A stretch of DNA of 56,953 bases. It comes from a virus (taxonomy: Duplodnaviria; Caudoviricetes). Location: the IMG/VR virus record IMGVR_UViG_3300031746_000022, positions 1-56,953 of that record, one strand, 5' to 3'. Position 1 is the stretch's first letter. Each line of letters begins with the position of its first letter. The position numbers and the translations under genes were made by a program. The notes beneath the pieces were generated by a model. It saw only the letters and a program-made list of their open reading frames with translations. It made no database searches and had not been told where the DNA came from. This document shows positions 39,014 through 48,619 of this stretch, piece by piece.

Positions 39014-39685
39014 TTACTTTTTTTTTGAATCTTTAAGTGCCCGCAAAGCTTCCATCTTTGCTTTGGCTTTTGCTTTCGCATCTTTGGCATCATTCATATC
39101 TTTTTTAGCCTTGGCATCCGCTTTCATTTTCTTGGCTTTTTCTGCTTCAGCTTTTGCCTTTACTTTGGCTTTTGCTTCATCAGCTTTTGCTTTTGCTTTT
39201 GCCTTATCTTCTTTGCTCATTTTGGCTTTTTTAGCCTCAACGATAAGATGATTCATAAGAATGAGAGTATTAGCTGATAAGTTTTCCAAACCAGCTTCTT
39301 CTAAATCAGAAGAGGCGCTTAATAAAGAATCAAATGCAGATTTAATTAACATATCATTCATTTCAACCCCAGCCTTTTTTGTTTTACATCCGCAAGTGCA
39401 GCCTTTTTTGCAACTACCCTCACAGCCACTTTTAGCGCATTTGCAAGTGCCTTTAATCGGCTTATCGCATACTTTACATTTTTTAGCAGCTGTAACCTCT
39501 AATGGCTCTCCCATTAATTCGGCAGAAAGTTCAACTTCGATTTCGGTAGGTTGATCTTCATCTGCAACTCTTTTAAAAGCTAACTTTTCAAGAACAGCAG
39601 ACGATGAAAACATACTTTTGTATTCAGGATCTTTTAATATTGCGTCCATATTAGAAGCAATATCATACATATTATTCTGTTTCAT
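39014..39685 (-). CDS. Putative prohead core protein with Cys-rich segment and Lys/Ala-rich tail
   Basis: 9 Cys in 31 aa; KAKAKA C-terminus; AGGA RBS. Confidence 0.7.
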   Translation of the reverse strand: MKQNNMYDIASNMDAILKDPEYKSMFSSSAVLEKLAFKRVADEDQPTEIEVELSAELMGEPLEVTAAKKCKVCDKPIKGTCKCAKSGCEGSCKKGCTCGCKTKKAGVEMNDMLIKSAFDSLLSASSDLEEAGLENLSANTLILMNHLIVEAKKAKMSKEDKAKAKAKADEAKAKVKAKAEAEKAKKMKADAKAKKDMNDAKDAKAKAKAKMEALRALKDSKKK

Positions 39686-39707
39686 AGTTTTCCTATTATT
39701 TACTTTA

Positions 39708-42700
39708 TTAGTATCTACGATTACCGAATGCCTGGTCTAAAGCATCTTGAAGAGTTGCTTCAGGCTGAAGCTGCGACACTGTATCGCCGGAACCAATCAT
39801 TCCAACTTGTGGAAAGGATGCAGACTTACGAAGTGGGTGTTTTGTAACAACGCGTTTCATTGCTTCAAAACCCTCATCATTCCAAGACATCATATCTTCT
39901 ACGTGTGCTGTAATGGCTGAGCGCTCATCGGCAACGAGACCACGACGAACCATTTCATTGGTTAATTCGTATGCGCGGGCAATCTTGACTTTGAAGGTAT
40001 TAACTTCTTCTTCAATTTGAGCCTTTGCGTGTTCTTTGAGAAGATCGGTGGCAAATTCTGCACCCTCTTTACCCATCTCGCCATAAAATGACTTCCAGTA
40101 TTTGGCTACTGCAGCATCGAGCCCTTGTGCAACAAGCTGATCAAGATCAGATGCGGCAACTTTGCCCTCTACAATAAGCTCATTAAGGCGAGCCGCCTCT
40201 TTACGAACTTTTGGTCCGGCTTCGGCAACATCTAACATAGCCTTGTGTCGTTCTTCAATTGTTTCAACATACCCAAGATCACCGGAGGGCTTGACATCTA
40301 ATTGTGTCTGACCGTCAGATAATTTATGTGCATCATTGAGAACTGGATTAAAGTTAACCGATTGAGCGGCTAATTTGGCTCGCGTTTCAGCGCGGGCTTC
40401 TTTAGTAGATACGTCAAATGCAAGCAATTTATTCAATTTCTCTGGATCGACATTTACATCATTCATATCTTCGTCCTCTTCGCCCTCTTCGCCCTCTTCG
40501 CCTTCGCCAACTTCGCCACTACCATCTTCGTCATCTCCGTCTGATGGATCTGAATCTGACGGATCTGAATCAGCAGCCATCATTTCCTCAAATGCTGCAT
40601 CATTTTCATCGTCAGCTGCATTTGATGGTCCTGGAGCCGGAAGTCCGGGATTAACTGGAGCAAGTTGCGCTTGTTTTGCAAGTTGTTCTGAACCGCGGGC
40701 ATATTTAACAAATGCGCCCATCAGGTTATGAACATCGGCAAGTGCACTCTTGGCATCAACAAAAGCCTCTTCAACAACGGTATTGGTATAATCGTTGCTT
40801 ACTGTGCCCTCATCAAGAATGTCAGAGATGAGACTTAACTCTTCACGATGTTCATTAAGTTCGGCGATAGCTTTCTTCATACCGACAATTAATGATGCGT
40901 TAAGAGTGCGTTTCATTTTAACAAGAGGCTTAAGTTCGGTAGAAGCTGCTTTTTCAGTTAAGCCTTCTAATTCGCCCATTTCAGCTTGTTCACCGGTTAA
41001 TACGCGAACAGCCTCTAATAGATCAGAGGCGCGATCACGCATTTCTGTAGCAAGTTTAAGAGCAATTTCTTTAGGATCGCCTTCTGCGTCTTCTGGCATT
41101 CCAGGAGCGGCAGCGGGAGCGCCCATATCAGGCATTGCGCCCATCATTGGAGGGGCTGGGGCAGCTCCACCGGCGTCAGGTGGCATTTCGGGCATTGCGC
41201 CCATACCAGCGACAGCTTGTGAGCTTTTATAAAGTGAAGCTGCTTTTTCGGCGCCGACTTTATAGACTTTTTCTAAAAGTTTAGTAGCAAATTCTTTAGT
41301 TGCCACTACTTCGTAGAGTCCGTCAACATTACCACCGGTAATTTCGTCAACCGTAGCTGTAAAGAGAGCCTCACCATCACGTGAAACCTCCCAACCACTT
41401 TGACCTAAATCTTGTGTGCCATCTTCATTCGCCACGCGAACAAATCTAGCTTTGAGAGATGCACGGCTGTGCAACTCTTTCACTTTTAGATCGTCGCCAT
41501 AAAGACCGTCTACGGCGCCAACACCTGGGAACGGCTTTGCGCCGACCATTTGTTTATCTTCTTTATTACGATCCTTCTCATTAAGTGGATCTTTTGTATA
41601 TTTAACTTTTCCTGGGGTAGGCTCATTACCTTCGCCACCGCCCTGAAAATATGCCTCTTTAGATTTCATCAGGTTCTCCTTGGCTCTTTGTAGAGCGGAC
41701 GTACGACGAAACGTACGTTCTTCTATCTCAGCTCGTTGCACCATTTCTTTACGTTCTTTATCGCCGGGATGCATTCCATCAACTGGTCCCATACTATCGG
41801 CACCAAGCATATGCTTGTCCTCTGTGTTACGATCCTTTTCGTTCTTTGGATCTTTGGGATATTTGACTTGGTGTGGGGTGGGTTCGTTTACGCCACCAGC
41901 ACCTTGGAAGTAGCCCTCTTTGTTCATCCCATTATTTGAATTAACAGACATAATTTCCTCTTTGATTTTATGCGATAAAGTTATTAAACTCTTTTCCATA
42001 TCTTGAAACTTTGAATTGATAGAATTTCTCAAATCTTGCAATTCACTTCTTAATGCATTATTATTAGATGCAAATCGTGCCGGAGTATTCAGAGCTGCAT
42101 CAGTATTAGGCAGATCCGTCTCTTTTACGGCTAAATCACCGGTCTGACCGTAGGCGGCAGTATCTGCTTCACTAACGTCAGTTTTCTCTAAATTAGCCTT
42201 TAAATTGGCTAATTTTTCGGATATGGATTTTAAATCATCTTCTAATTCTTTGAATTTAGAAACAGATGTTTCATCCATTGATAATTTTTTTAATTCTTGT
42301 TCTTTTACTTCAAGATTATGTCGTAAATTATTAGCAGCGGCTAATATTGTGCGAATTTTAGCTTGTGGATCTGCGCCATTTACAACAATAGAAAGTTCGA
42401 TTGGATCAAGATCAATATTGATTTCGCCGTAGCAAGATTTATTACGCATATGTTGACAAAATTCACGCTCTGTGGTGGCAATTTGTCCGCAATCATAACA
42501 GATAGCTTTACCTACTCTTGTGCCCATCGATACGGAGGTCTTATAGCCGCTTGTAACGCCTCTGGCTAATTCTGGATATGAAACCTTATCTAAAGCACAA
42601 AGTGCGATTACACGCTTATTTAGACGATCATAGTAGGTATCAAGAATAATACCACGAATAGAGTCTACCTGATCGGACTTATGATCGACGCATAATGGCT

Positions 42701-43088
42701 TACCAACCCATTTTTTATAAGCTTTAAGCAATTCTGCTTCGGCAAAAATATCACCATTATGATTTTTATATGCTTTAATAGACGAATCATTAGAAACCCA
42801 CTTCCAAGAGCCGTTAGCAGAGATATCCCAACTGACCGCAACAGGAGAACCGTCTTTAGTTAATTTAGTCGTACCATCTGTATTAAGCGACGACGCTTCT
42901 GCGGCAGTCATCATAACGGCAGAAAAATAAAGAAAATCTTCTGCTTTGGGAGCAATACGCTTTAATTGCGTAGCAAATTTTCTAAAATGCTCGTTAATTT
43001 CCGTATCATTTAGCTCTGCCAATACTGACTCAACTGTTTGAACATTATTAGAAGTAATCTCTGATAACTCGCCTATTTTGATAAACAT
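39708..43088 (-). CDS. Prohead maturation protease fused to a long scaffold region
   Basis: N.NGD.F, GKPLCVDH, RGIILD, SVSMG, CxxC...C.H, IELSIV..GADP in the first ~250 aa; then coiled coils and acidic/Pro linkers. Confidence 0.75.
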   Translation of the reverse strand: MFIKIGELSEITSNNVQTVESVLAELNDTEINEHFRKFATQLKRIAPKAEDFLYFSAVMMTAAEASSLNTDGTTKLTKDGSPVAVSWDISANGSWKWVSNDSSIKAYKNHNGDIFAEAELLKAYKKWVGKPLCVDHKSDQVDSIRGIILDTYYDRLNKRVIALCALDKVSYPELARGVTSGYKTSVSMGTRVGKAICYDCGQIATTEREFCQHMRNKSCYGEINIDLDPIELSIVVNGADPQAKIRTILAAANNLRHNLEVKEQELKKLSMDETSVSKFKELEDDLKSISEKLANLKANLEKTDVSEADTAAYGQTGDLAVKETDLPNTDAALNTPARFASNNNALRSELQDLRNSINSKFQDMEKSLITLSHKIKEEIMSVNSNNGMNKEGYFQGAGGVNEPTPHQVKYPKDPKNEKDRNTEDKHMLGADSMGPVDGMHPGDKERKEMVQRAEIEERTFRRTSALQRAKENLMKSKEAYFQGGGEGNEPTPGKVKYTKDPLNEKDRNKEDKQMVGAKPFPGVGAVDGLYGDDLKVKELHSRASLKARFVRVANEDGTQDLGQSGWEVSRDGEALFTATVDEITGGNVDGLYEVVATKEFATKLLEKVYKVGAEKAASLYKSSQAVAGMGAMPEMPPDAGGAAPAPPMMGAMPDMGAPAAAPGMPEDAEGDPKEIALKLATEMRDRASDLLEAVRVLTGEQAEMGELEGLTEKAASTELKPLVKMKRTLNASLIVGMKKAIAELNEHREELSLISDILDEGTVSNDYTNTVVEEAFVDAKSALADVHNLMGAFVKYARGSEQLAKQAQLAPVNPGLPAPGPSNAADDENDAAFEEMMAADSDPSDSDPSDGDDEDGSGEVGEGEEGEEGEEDEDMNDVNVDPEKLNKLLAFDVSTKEARAETRAKLAAQSVNFNPVLNDAHKLSDGQTQLDVKPSGDLGYVETIEERHKAMLDVAEAGPKVRKEAARLNELIVEGKVAASDLDQLVAQGLDAAVAKYWKSFYGEMGKEGAEFATDLLKEHAKAQIEEEVNTFKVKIARAYELTNEMVRRGLVADERSAITAHVEDMMSWNDEGFEAMKRVVTKHPLRKSASFPQVGMIGSGDTVSQLQPEATLQDALDQAFGNRRY

Positions 43089-43091
43089 TAG

Positions 43092-43238
43092 TTATCCTTG
43101 TTCCTGGTTAACTTGCTGTGGTTGTTCTTTATTCATTTCGCCTTTAAGATCTTCTAATTTCTTTAGAGTCTCTTCATCCGTTAGATCAAGAGGTTGTATA
43201 ACATTAATATTTTCAACATCGCCATATTTAATTATCAT
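43092..43238 (-). CDS. Small protein (48 aa, not in ORF track)
   Basis: Strong AGGAGAG RBS; MIIKYGDVENINVIQPLDLTDEETLKKLEDLKGEMNKEQPQQVNQEQG*. Confidence 0.65.
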   Translation of the reverse strand: MIIKYGDVENINVIQPLDLTDEETLKKLEDLKGEMNKEQPQQVNQEQG

Positions 43239-43269
43239 AATGTCTCTCCTAAAATAGGTAAATATTACC

Positions 43270-43902
43270 TTAATGCCTTGACTCGTCTCGCATTTTCACA
43301 CGATCTTCAACTAATTGCATTACAAGTGGCGATTTTTTTTCTACTTTTTCTTGTAATTCATTACTTATACTATCAACCCAATTTCTTGCCAAAATGTTAG
43401 TTTGTAAATGGTTTTTAACTCTTTCATTAACAATTTGTTCTAATTGAACTATTTCTTTTTTAATATTATCAATGGCTGTAATTACGCCTTTAGAGAAATC
43501 TTCTGATTGTAAATTGTCAAACAAATCTACAAATCTATTTACCTGAATTTCAATATCTTCAATAGAAGCAACAAATGATTTTAATAATTTTTCAGTTTGT
43601 GTATCAGATGTAAAAGGCTGCATTATAACATAGGCTTTAAAGGCTGCTTTTTTAAATTTATTAAAATTATTAACAACCTTATCTCTATAACGACGTAACA
43701 TAGCACGATGTTTAAAAATTACTTCTGGAGTAGTATCTGGGCTTTTCTTAAATGGATTATAAATAAGATTTAAATGTTTATCGCATTGTTCTACAATCTT
43801 TAAACAATGATTAAACCATCGCATAGCTTTTTCGGCTCGCTCTTTTTCACTATCAGAAATCTGATACGTCAGCATTGAATTATAGGCTTGTTTTTTAAAC
43901 AT
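43270..43902 (-). CDS. Helical head-cluster protein
   Basis: MFKKQAY start; GGAGG RBS; TAATG overlap. Confidence 0.7.
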   Translation of the reverse strand: MFKKQAYNSMLTYQISDSEKERAEKAMRWFNHCLKIVEQCDKHLNLIYNPFKKSPDTTPEVIFKHRAMLRRYRDKVVNNFNKFKKAAFKAYVIMQPFTSDTQTEKLLKSFVASIEDIEIQVNRFVDLFDNLQSEDFSKGVITAIDNIKKEIVQLEQIVNERVKNHLQTNILARNWVDSISNELQEKVEKKSPLVMQLVEDRVKMRDESRH

Positions 43903-44663
43903 TATACAAATCCTCCGCCTATTACCGATGGTCCAACCATATTAGTTATTTGCGTATTCTGATCAAAAACGCCAACTGCTGGAATTTGAGTAGATTTCAT
44001 CTCTTCATCATTAATGTCTTTTAAGCCGTAATTCTCTCTGGTCTGTTCTGGATTATCAGTATAATAAGTATCGGTAAAAGCTAATGGATATGTTCTAATA
44101 GTGGGGTCCGCATAAGGAGCCCAAGACCCTCTTTCTTGCGTATCAAGAGTATAATCTCTTGATGTTTCATTTCCATCGTGCGTATTAGTTACAATATCAT
44201 AAGCATTATTGGTATCAATATTTTTATCTGCTTGACAAATAAGTTTTATAAAAAATTTTTCCATCTTGTTATCAATACGCATTCCAAAACCCAAATGTTT
44301 GGCTTCTTTAATTGCTTTTTTACAATTCCATTTATCTAATAAGCATCTCACTAATCCAATAAATAAGCCAGTACGATCTTTGCCGTGAAGACAATGCACA
44401 AAAGTTGGAACTTTCTCATCTATTAAATTATAGATATTATGTTTTAATAAATATTTAACACTATTTTTATCGTGACAATTAAGTGGAATTATTATTTGCT
44501 CAATATCTAATTTTTTACAAAGTGGTTTAATAAATTCTCCCGCTTGCTCGTCAAGTGAAATAATTTTTTTAATATTAAACTTTTTCTTCAAGGCAACAAT
44601 ATCCGATAAAGAGGGCTTGCCCCCTCTAAAAAGATTAGTTTTAACTTGATGAAAATTTTTCAT
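43902..44663 (-). CDS. Cys-dependent dual-specificity/tyrosine phosphatase with C-terminal extension
   Basis: NF.QV...LFRGG.P, IISLD, P-loop VHCLHGKDRTG. Confidence 0.88.
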   Translation of the reverse strand: MKNFHQVKTNLFRGGKPSLSDIVALKKKFNIKKIISLDEQAGEFIKPLCKKLDIEQIIIPLNCHDKNSVKYLLKHNIYNLIDEKVPTFVHCLHGKDRTGLFIGLVRCLLDKWNCKKAIKEAKHLGFGMRIDNKMEKFFIKLICQADKNIDTNNAYDIVTNTHDGNETSRDYTLDTQERGSWAPYADPTIRTYPLAFTDTYYTDNPEQTRENYGLKDINDEEMKSTQIPAVGVFDQNTQITNMVGPSVIGGGFV

Positions 44664-44664
44664 T

Positions 44665-45363
44665 TTATAAATTTCTTACTATACTATTTAATACAGCTCT
44701 TACATAATTTGGAGAATGCATCATTAAAATATTTTTAGTTAATGATATTGCTTGTCCAATACTGGCAGAAGCTGGGATTTTTTTATTAGAAATATTATAT
44801 TCATTTAACATATATATTTTTTTCTTTAGCCCATTAATAGATTTTTCTCGACGTTCTCGAGATATGCGTCTCATAAGAAATTTGATAATTTCGGCTATAT
44901 ATTTTCCAGCATAAGACGGATCTCCCATTTCTATGGCTGATGCTACTTTAGCTAAATTATCTTCTAAACTATCTATAAATTTTAATGCTTCTTGTAATGC
45001 TAATTCCTCTGGATTACTTTCTTCCTCTATTAATGCATTATCAAATACATTTTTATAAATTTGTTTAAATTGTTTTAATATTTCTGGTGGAAATTTAGCA
45101 GTTATTTGTCTAATAAGTGAAGAATAAGTAATCTCTTCATTAGTAATATTGGCTTTTTTATGTTTAAAAAATTCAATTTGACGCAATCGTTTAACGGCTT
45201 GCGCTTTAGTTTTAAATTTACCTAAAAGCTTACCTTTTTTAGAATATACTCCCCAATAGCCTTTGGGTATTTTTTTAATAATAGCTATTTTAGATAAACC
45301 TATGGCGTCTGTTTTGCACAGCTCTTCAAATAATGAGCTATGGATTAACAGTGTATTAATCAT
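44665..45363 (-). CDS. Putative internal head protein
   Basis: Leader plus SKIA site, then basic module W.VYSKKGK.LG.F.TK..A.KRLRQIEFFKH seen in phage head proteins. Confidence 0.7.
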   Translation of the reverse strand: MINTLLIHSSLFEELCKTDAIGLSKIAIIKKIPKGYWGVYSKKGKLLGKFKTKAQAVKRLRQIEFFKHKKANITNEEITYSSLIRQITAKFPPEILKQFKQIYKNVFDNALIEEESNPEELALQEALKFIDSLEDNLAKVASAIEMGDPSYAGKYIAEIIKFLMRRISRERREKSINGLKKKIYMLNEYNISNKKIPASASIGQAISLTKNILMMHSPNYVRAVLNSIVRNL

Positions 45364-45691
45364 TAAACCCTAACATTGCTTTAATTTTTCTTGTATGCCC
45401 AGAACCCAACAATACATCATTCAAACTACCACTACTATTTACTTCTGTAAAGGCTTTAATAGCCCAAGTATTTATATAAATAATATTACCAGATTTTATC
45501 TCATTTTGTTTATTAATATAAAAACAATCAAGAATTATAAAGTCATCTACTATATCTTTTAAAAACCCATAAATTACACCGTTAACTTTTTTTACGTGAT
45601 CGCTCATTACCAGCTCTTCGTAATCATCGCCAATGGAAATTTCTAATAATTTTTCTTTTAAGGTTGGTAATAATGCGTTTATTTTACTCAT
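45356..45691 (-). CDS. Hypothetical small beta protein
   Basis: 111 aa, overlaps both neighbours. Confidence 0.65.
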   Translation of the reverse strand: MSKINALLPTLKEKLLEISIGDDYEELVMSDHVKKVNGVIYGFLKDIVDDFIILDCFYINKQNEIKSGNIIYINTWAIKAFTEVNSSGSLNDVLLGSGHTRKIKAMLGFND

Positions 45692-46542
45692 TTTTTATCT
45701 CGTAAATGTAAATCAAACCGCGAGGCGACGCGCATCAGCTCTTTTGAAGTATAAGGATATGAAGAGTTCTTTAATATTGAATAATTATTACTTTCAGATG
45801 CAGAAATAAATTTACTCATTAGTGCCATTAATTTGTTCATAAAAGATGCCCAATATGATTGTTGGGGTTGTAATTGCGTTGGCACTGCTGCCGATGGCGC
45901 ATGGGTATCACTAACTTGTACGCCGGTAGCATTATGCATGGCTTTTATAGCATTTTGATAAGTAGATCTTGATTTGGTTCGATCGACTTGAGCTTGCATA
46001 TCTCTTAATCGAATAACTCCGGGCATTGAGCCGTGAAATAAGCTATTTTCTTTATATGCTTTTGATTCAAAATTAGGATCAAGTTTAACACCAATATCAT
46101 AATACTTTTTACTCCATACGCGATTACCAACTCTAATCGTTTCTGGATGTTCTTCAACAAATATTGCATCAGGATCATTGCGCTGTATGCCTGGTAATCG
46201 TAATCCAACTGGCAAATATGTGGCAATATAAAATTTTGCTGCGGATTCAAGTGGTCTGCCATTAAAGTTTGCTTGAGCTTGAATATATTTTTTTACATAA
46301 TCTAATTGCTCTATGGCTGATACATTTCCAAATTCTTTCCAATTTTTATCATATCCTAAGCCTTTTAGAGTTCCCTCTGAAAATTGAATTAATCCAATTA
46401 CGTGGGCTCCGGCTTGATTGGGAATATTAGGATTAATTCCTGATTCGGAAGCCATAATTGCAATTATATCTTCCGGCTTCATGCCTACTTCAGAGGCAAT
46501 CTGCACCAATTTGGGATAAAAATTTGCACCTAGGTTTGCCAT
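45688..46542 (-). CDS. Lytic transglycosylase (SLT/lysozyme-like), probably virion-associated
   Basis: IMASESG.NP...N...GLIQF...EQLDYVKKY; catalytic ES motif. Confidence 0.82.
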   Translation of the reverse strand: MANLGANFYPKLVQIASEVGMKPEDIIAIMASESGINPNIPNQAGAHVIGLIQFSEGTLKGLGYDKNWKEFGNVSAIEQLDYVKKYIQAQANFNGRPLESAAKFYIATYLPVGLRLPGIQRNDPDAIFVEEHPETIRVGNRVWSKKYYDIGVKLDPNFESKAYKENSLFHGSMPGVIRLRDMQAQVDRTKSRSTYQNAIKAMHNATGVQVSDTHAPSAAVPTQLQPQQSYWASFMNKLMALMSKFISASESNNYSILKNSSYPYTSKELMRVASRFDLHLRDKK

Positions 46543-48554
46543 TAGTCTTCATTATATTGGTCGATTTGATCTGAAAAATCTTCATCGCCAACACCCTCGG
46601 GTTGTTCTAATTCTTCATCTGTTTGTGGAATTTTAGCTGCCTCTATTCCAAATTGTCTTTTTATACTTCGAATAGTTAACATACCTTTTGTAGCCGAAAC
46701 TCTGCATTTAATATGCAATTTAGCGACACCAGATAAATATGTATTAATATCAGCTAAATTAATTCTTGTATATATTTCTATAGACTTATCTCGTGGATTA
46801 AATTCATCCATTACAGGATCGGAGTGCGTAACCCAACCATTATATATGGCTTGTTTCATTAGTGGAATTAAATTTTGTTCTATAGATTCTATGTAGGGTT
46901 CTAAACTAGTAAATCTCTGAACAATACCCAAACGTGTTGCAAAATCTTTTATGACCGTTCTTGTTGTCTCTGGTGTAATTCTCATTTTATCAGGAGTAAT
47001 AGCTCTTAATAAACCAAGATCAGTATATGATCTATCTATGCGCCCTTCAGGCAAATCAAGCGTAGGTGGGCGTAAAAAATTTTGCCTTTCCTCAACTAAT
47101 TCTTGTGGCTTTGGTGCAACATATTGTAATCCGGATCGCATCGGTTGCTGAACTTGAGGAGTGCCTGTTGGAGGCGTCTTTCCCAATTCAGCTTCTTCTG
47201 CCGGACTAGTTACAGCCGGCTTTGATTTTAAAAAATCAAAAATGCCCGCAGTCTTATAATTATTTATAACGTTATGGGCTATGGTGAGTAATTTGGCACT
47301 TGCCTCCGAATTAGTATCTTCTAGTTGTGCAGAATATTTTAATAATTCATTAACAAATAATGATGAATTATTTTGATTTGCATAAATAGAAATTTGATCA
47401 AGAAATGCCATATGTGTTTTTTTAGTAACCGGATGAGGCAGATCCATTGTAGTGAATTCATCCACTGGACCTTGCGTTTTTTCAAATTCGTCTAATTTTT
47501 TAGTTTTTTCTTCATTCTCCGGCGGTTTCGGCTGTTGCTTTTTCCACTCTTCAAAAGACAATTCATTTATTTGGTTTTTTGGCACTACAGGTTGTCCTGG
47601 TAGCGGTGGAGCAACAAAAGGTGTTGGAGGCGTTGGAGGAGTTTTTTCTTTAATACTTTGCTCATATCGATCATTTTCCTCAACTTGTTTGATATTAAAA
47701 TCATCATATGTTTGAGGTGTGCGCGTATTATAGTCTTGTTGTTTTTGCTGTTGTTCTTGTAAGGCTTGTGCCGCTTTAGCCGCCTTATGTTGTTTCAACG
47801 GTTCAATAACTTCTGCACGATAATGTGTATAAACCTTATGATATGCTTTAAATTTTGCCACAAAGTCTTTGGATTTAGCAATATAAAGCGTTGAATTGCG
47901 TCGAGATACGCCACTCTCTAATTCGCTAAATATTGATAAAAGATCTCTTAACATTTTATCTGATTTTTGCACTAAATTTGTCGTTAAATTTTTAATTTTT
48001 TTAACGAAATCAGTATTGAATCTTTTTTCTAACAACCGACGTGAGAGACCTTTGCCAGTTAAAATATTAGCCGCCGTATCTGTAACTATATCTTTGCCTG
48101 ATAAAAATTTCTCTTTCGTCCAATCAAGAATACCGGCTTCTTTAACTAAAGCGTCAAACTCTTCACAAGCCTCTTTAATAGCGGCATCAGGATCGTATTG
48201 AAATAATTCTTCTTGCTCCGGACCTTCAAAATCACTTAAAAAGTAATCATAATTGCCTATTTCAATATTTTTATAAAATTGTTCTAAAATATGAGCAATG
48301 GTTCTTACGCGGGCATGAAATCCGGTAATTTGATGAGCTGCATTTAAATAATCACGTTGACGTACGTTGGATTTTGCAAATCTAATAAGAGGTCTAACAT
48401 CTGCAGCTATATCTCTAATTTCTTTATCAACATCTCTCATCTTTTGCATTATTGCTGCAAATTCATCGTTACGATACTCTAACGCTTTACCTGAAAGGTT
48501 AGCCGTTTCCCAAACCCTACTACGTAATGATCGTTTTTGAGCGAACTTATCCAT
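46542..48554 (-). CDS. Large putative internal head protein
   Basis: 670 aa; MDKFAQ, LVKEAGILD, YKTAGIFD sites; follows portal. Confidence 0.7.
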   Translation of the reverse strand: MDKFAQKRSLRSRVWETANLSGKALEYRNDEFAAIMQKMRDVDKEIRDIAADVRPLIRFAKSNVRQRDYLNAAHQITGFHARVRTIAHILEQFYKNIEIGNYDYFLSDFEGPEQEELFQYDPDAAIKEACEEFDALVKEAGILDWTKEKFLSGKDIVTDTAANILTGKGLSRRLLEKRFNTDFVKKIKNLTTNLVQKSDKMLRDLLSIFSELESGVSRRNSTLYIAKSKDFVAKFKAYHKVYTHYRAEVIEPLKQHKAAKAAQALQEQQQKQQDYNTRTPQTYDDFNIKQVEENDRYEQSIKEKTPPTPPTPFVAPPLPGQPVVPKNQINELSFEEWKKQQPKPPENEEKTKKLDEFEKTQGPVDEFTTMDLPHPVTKKTHMAFLDQISIYANQNNSSLFVNELLKYSAQLEDTNSEASAKLLTIAHNVINNYKTAGIFDFLKSKPAVTSPAEEAELGKTPPTGTPQVQQPMRSGLQYVAPKPQELVEERQNFLRPPTLDLPEGRIDRSYTDLGLLRAITPDKMRITPETTRTVIKDFATRLGIVQRFTSLEPYIESIEQNLIPLMKQAIYNGWVTHSDPVMDEFNPRDKSIEIYTRINLADINTYLSGVAKLHIKCRVSATKGMLTIRSIKRQFGIEAAKIPQTDEELEQPEGVGDEDFSDQIDQYNED

Positions 48555-48585
48555 TTAAAAACCTCAAGAGACTATAATTCAGAAG

Positions 48586-48599
48586 AATGCAAAATTATG
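48586..48599 (-). promoter_or_regulatory. Candidate late promoter motif A
   Basis: CATAATTTTGCATT upstream of 48554; similar copies at 36261, 54898, 21944, 8890, 5408, 498. Confidence 0.5.
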
Positions 48600-48619
48600 G
48601 AGTATTGAAGCTTAAATAA

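Noticed and set aside
41641-41912. YFQG resembling the TEV site ENLYFQG
   Set aside because: Upstream residues are KEA/KEG, not ENL; coincidental and not a sign of engineering.
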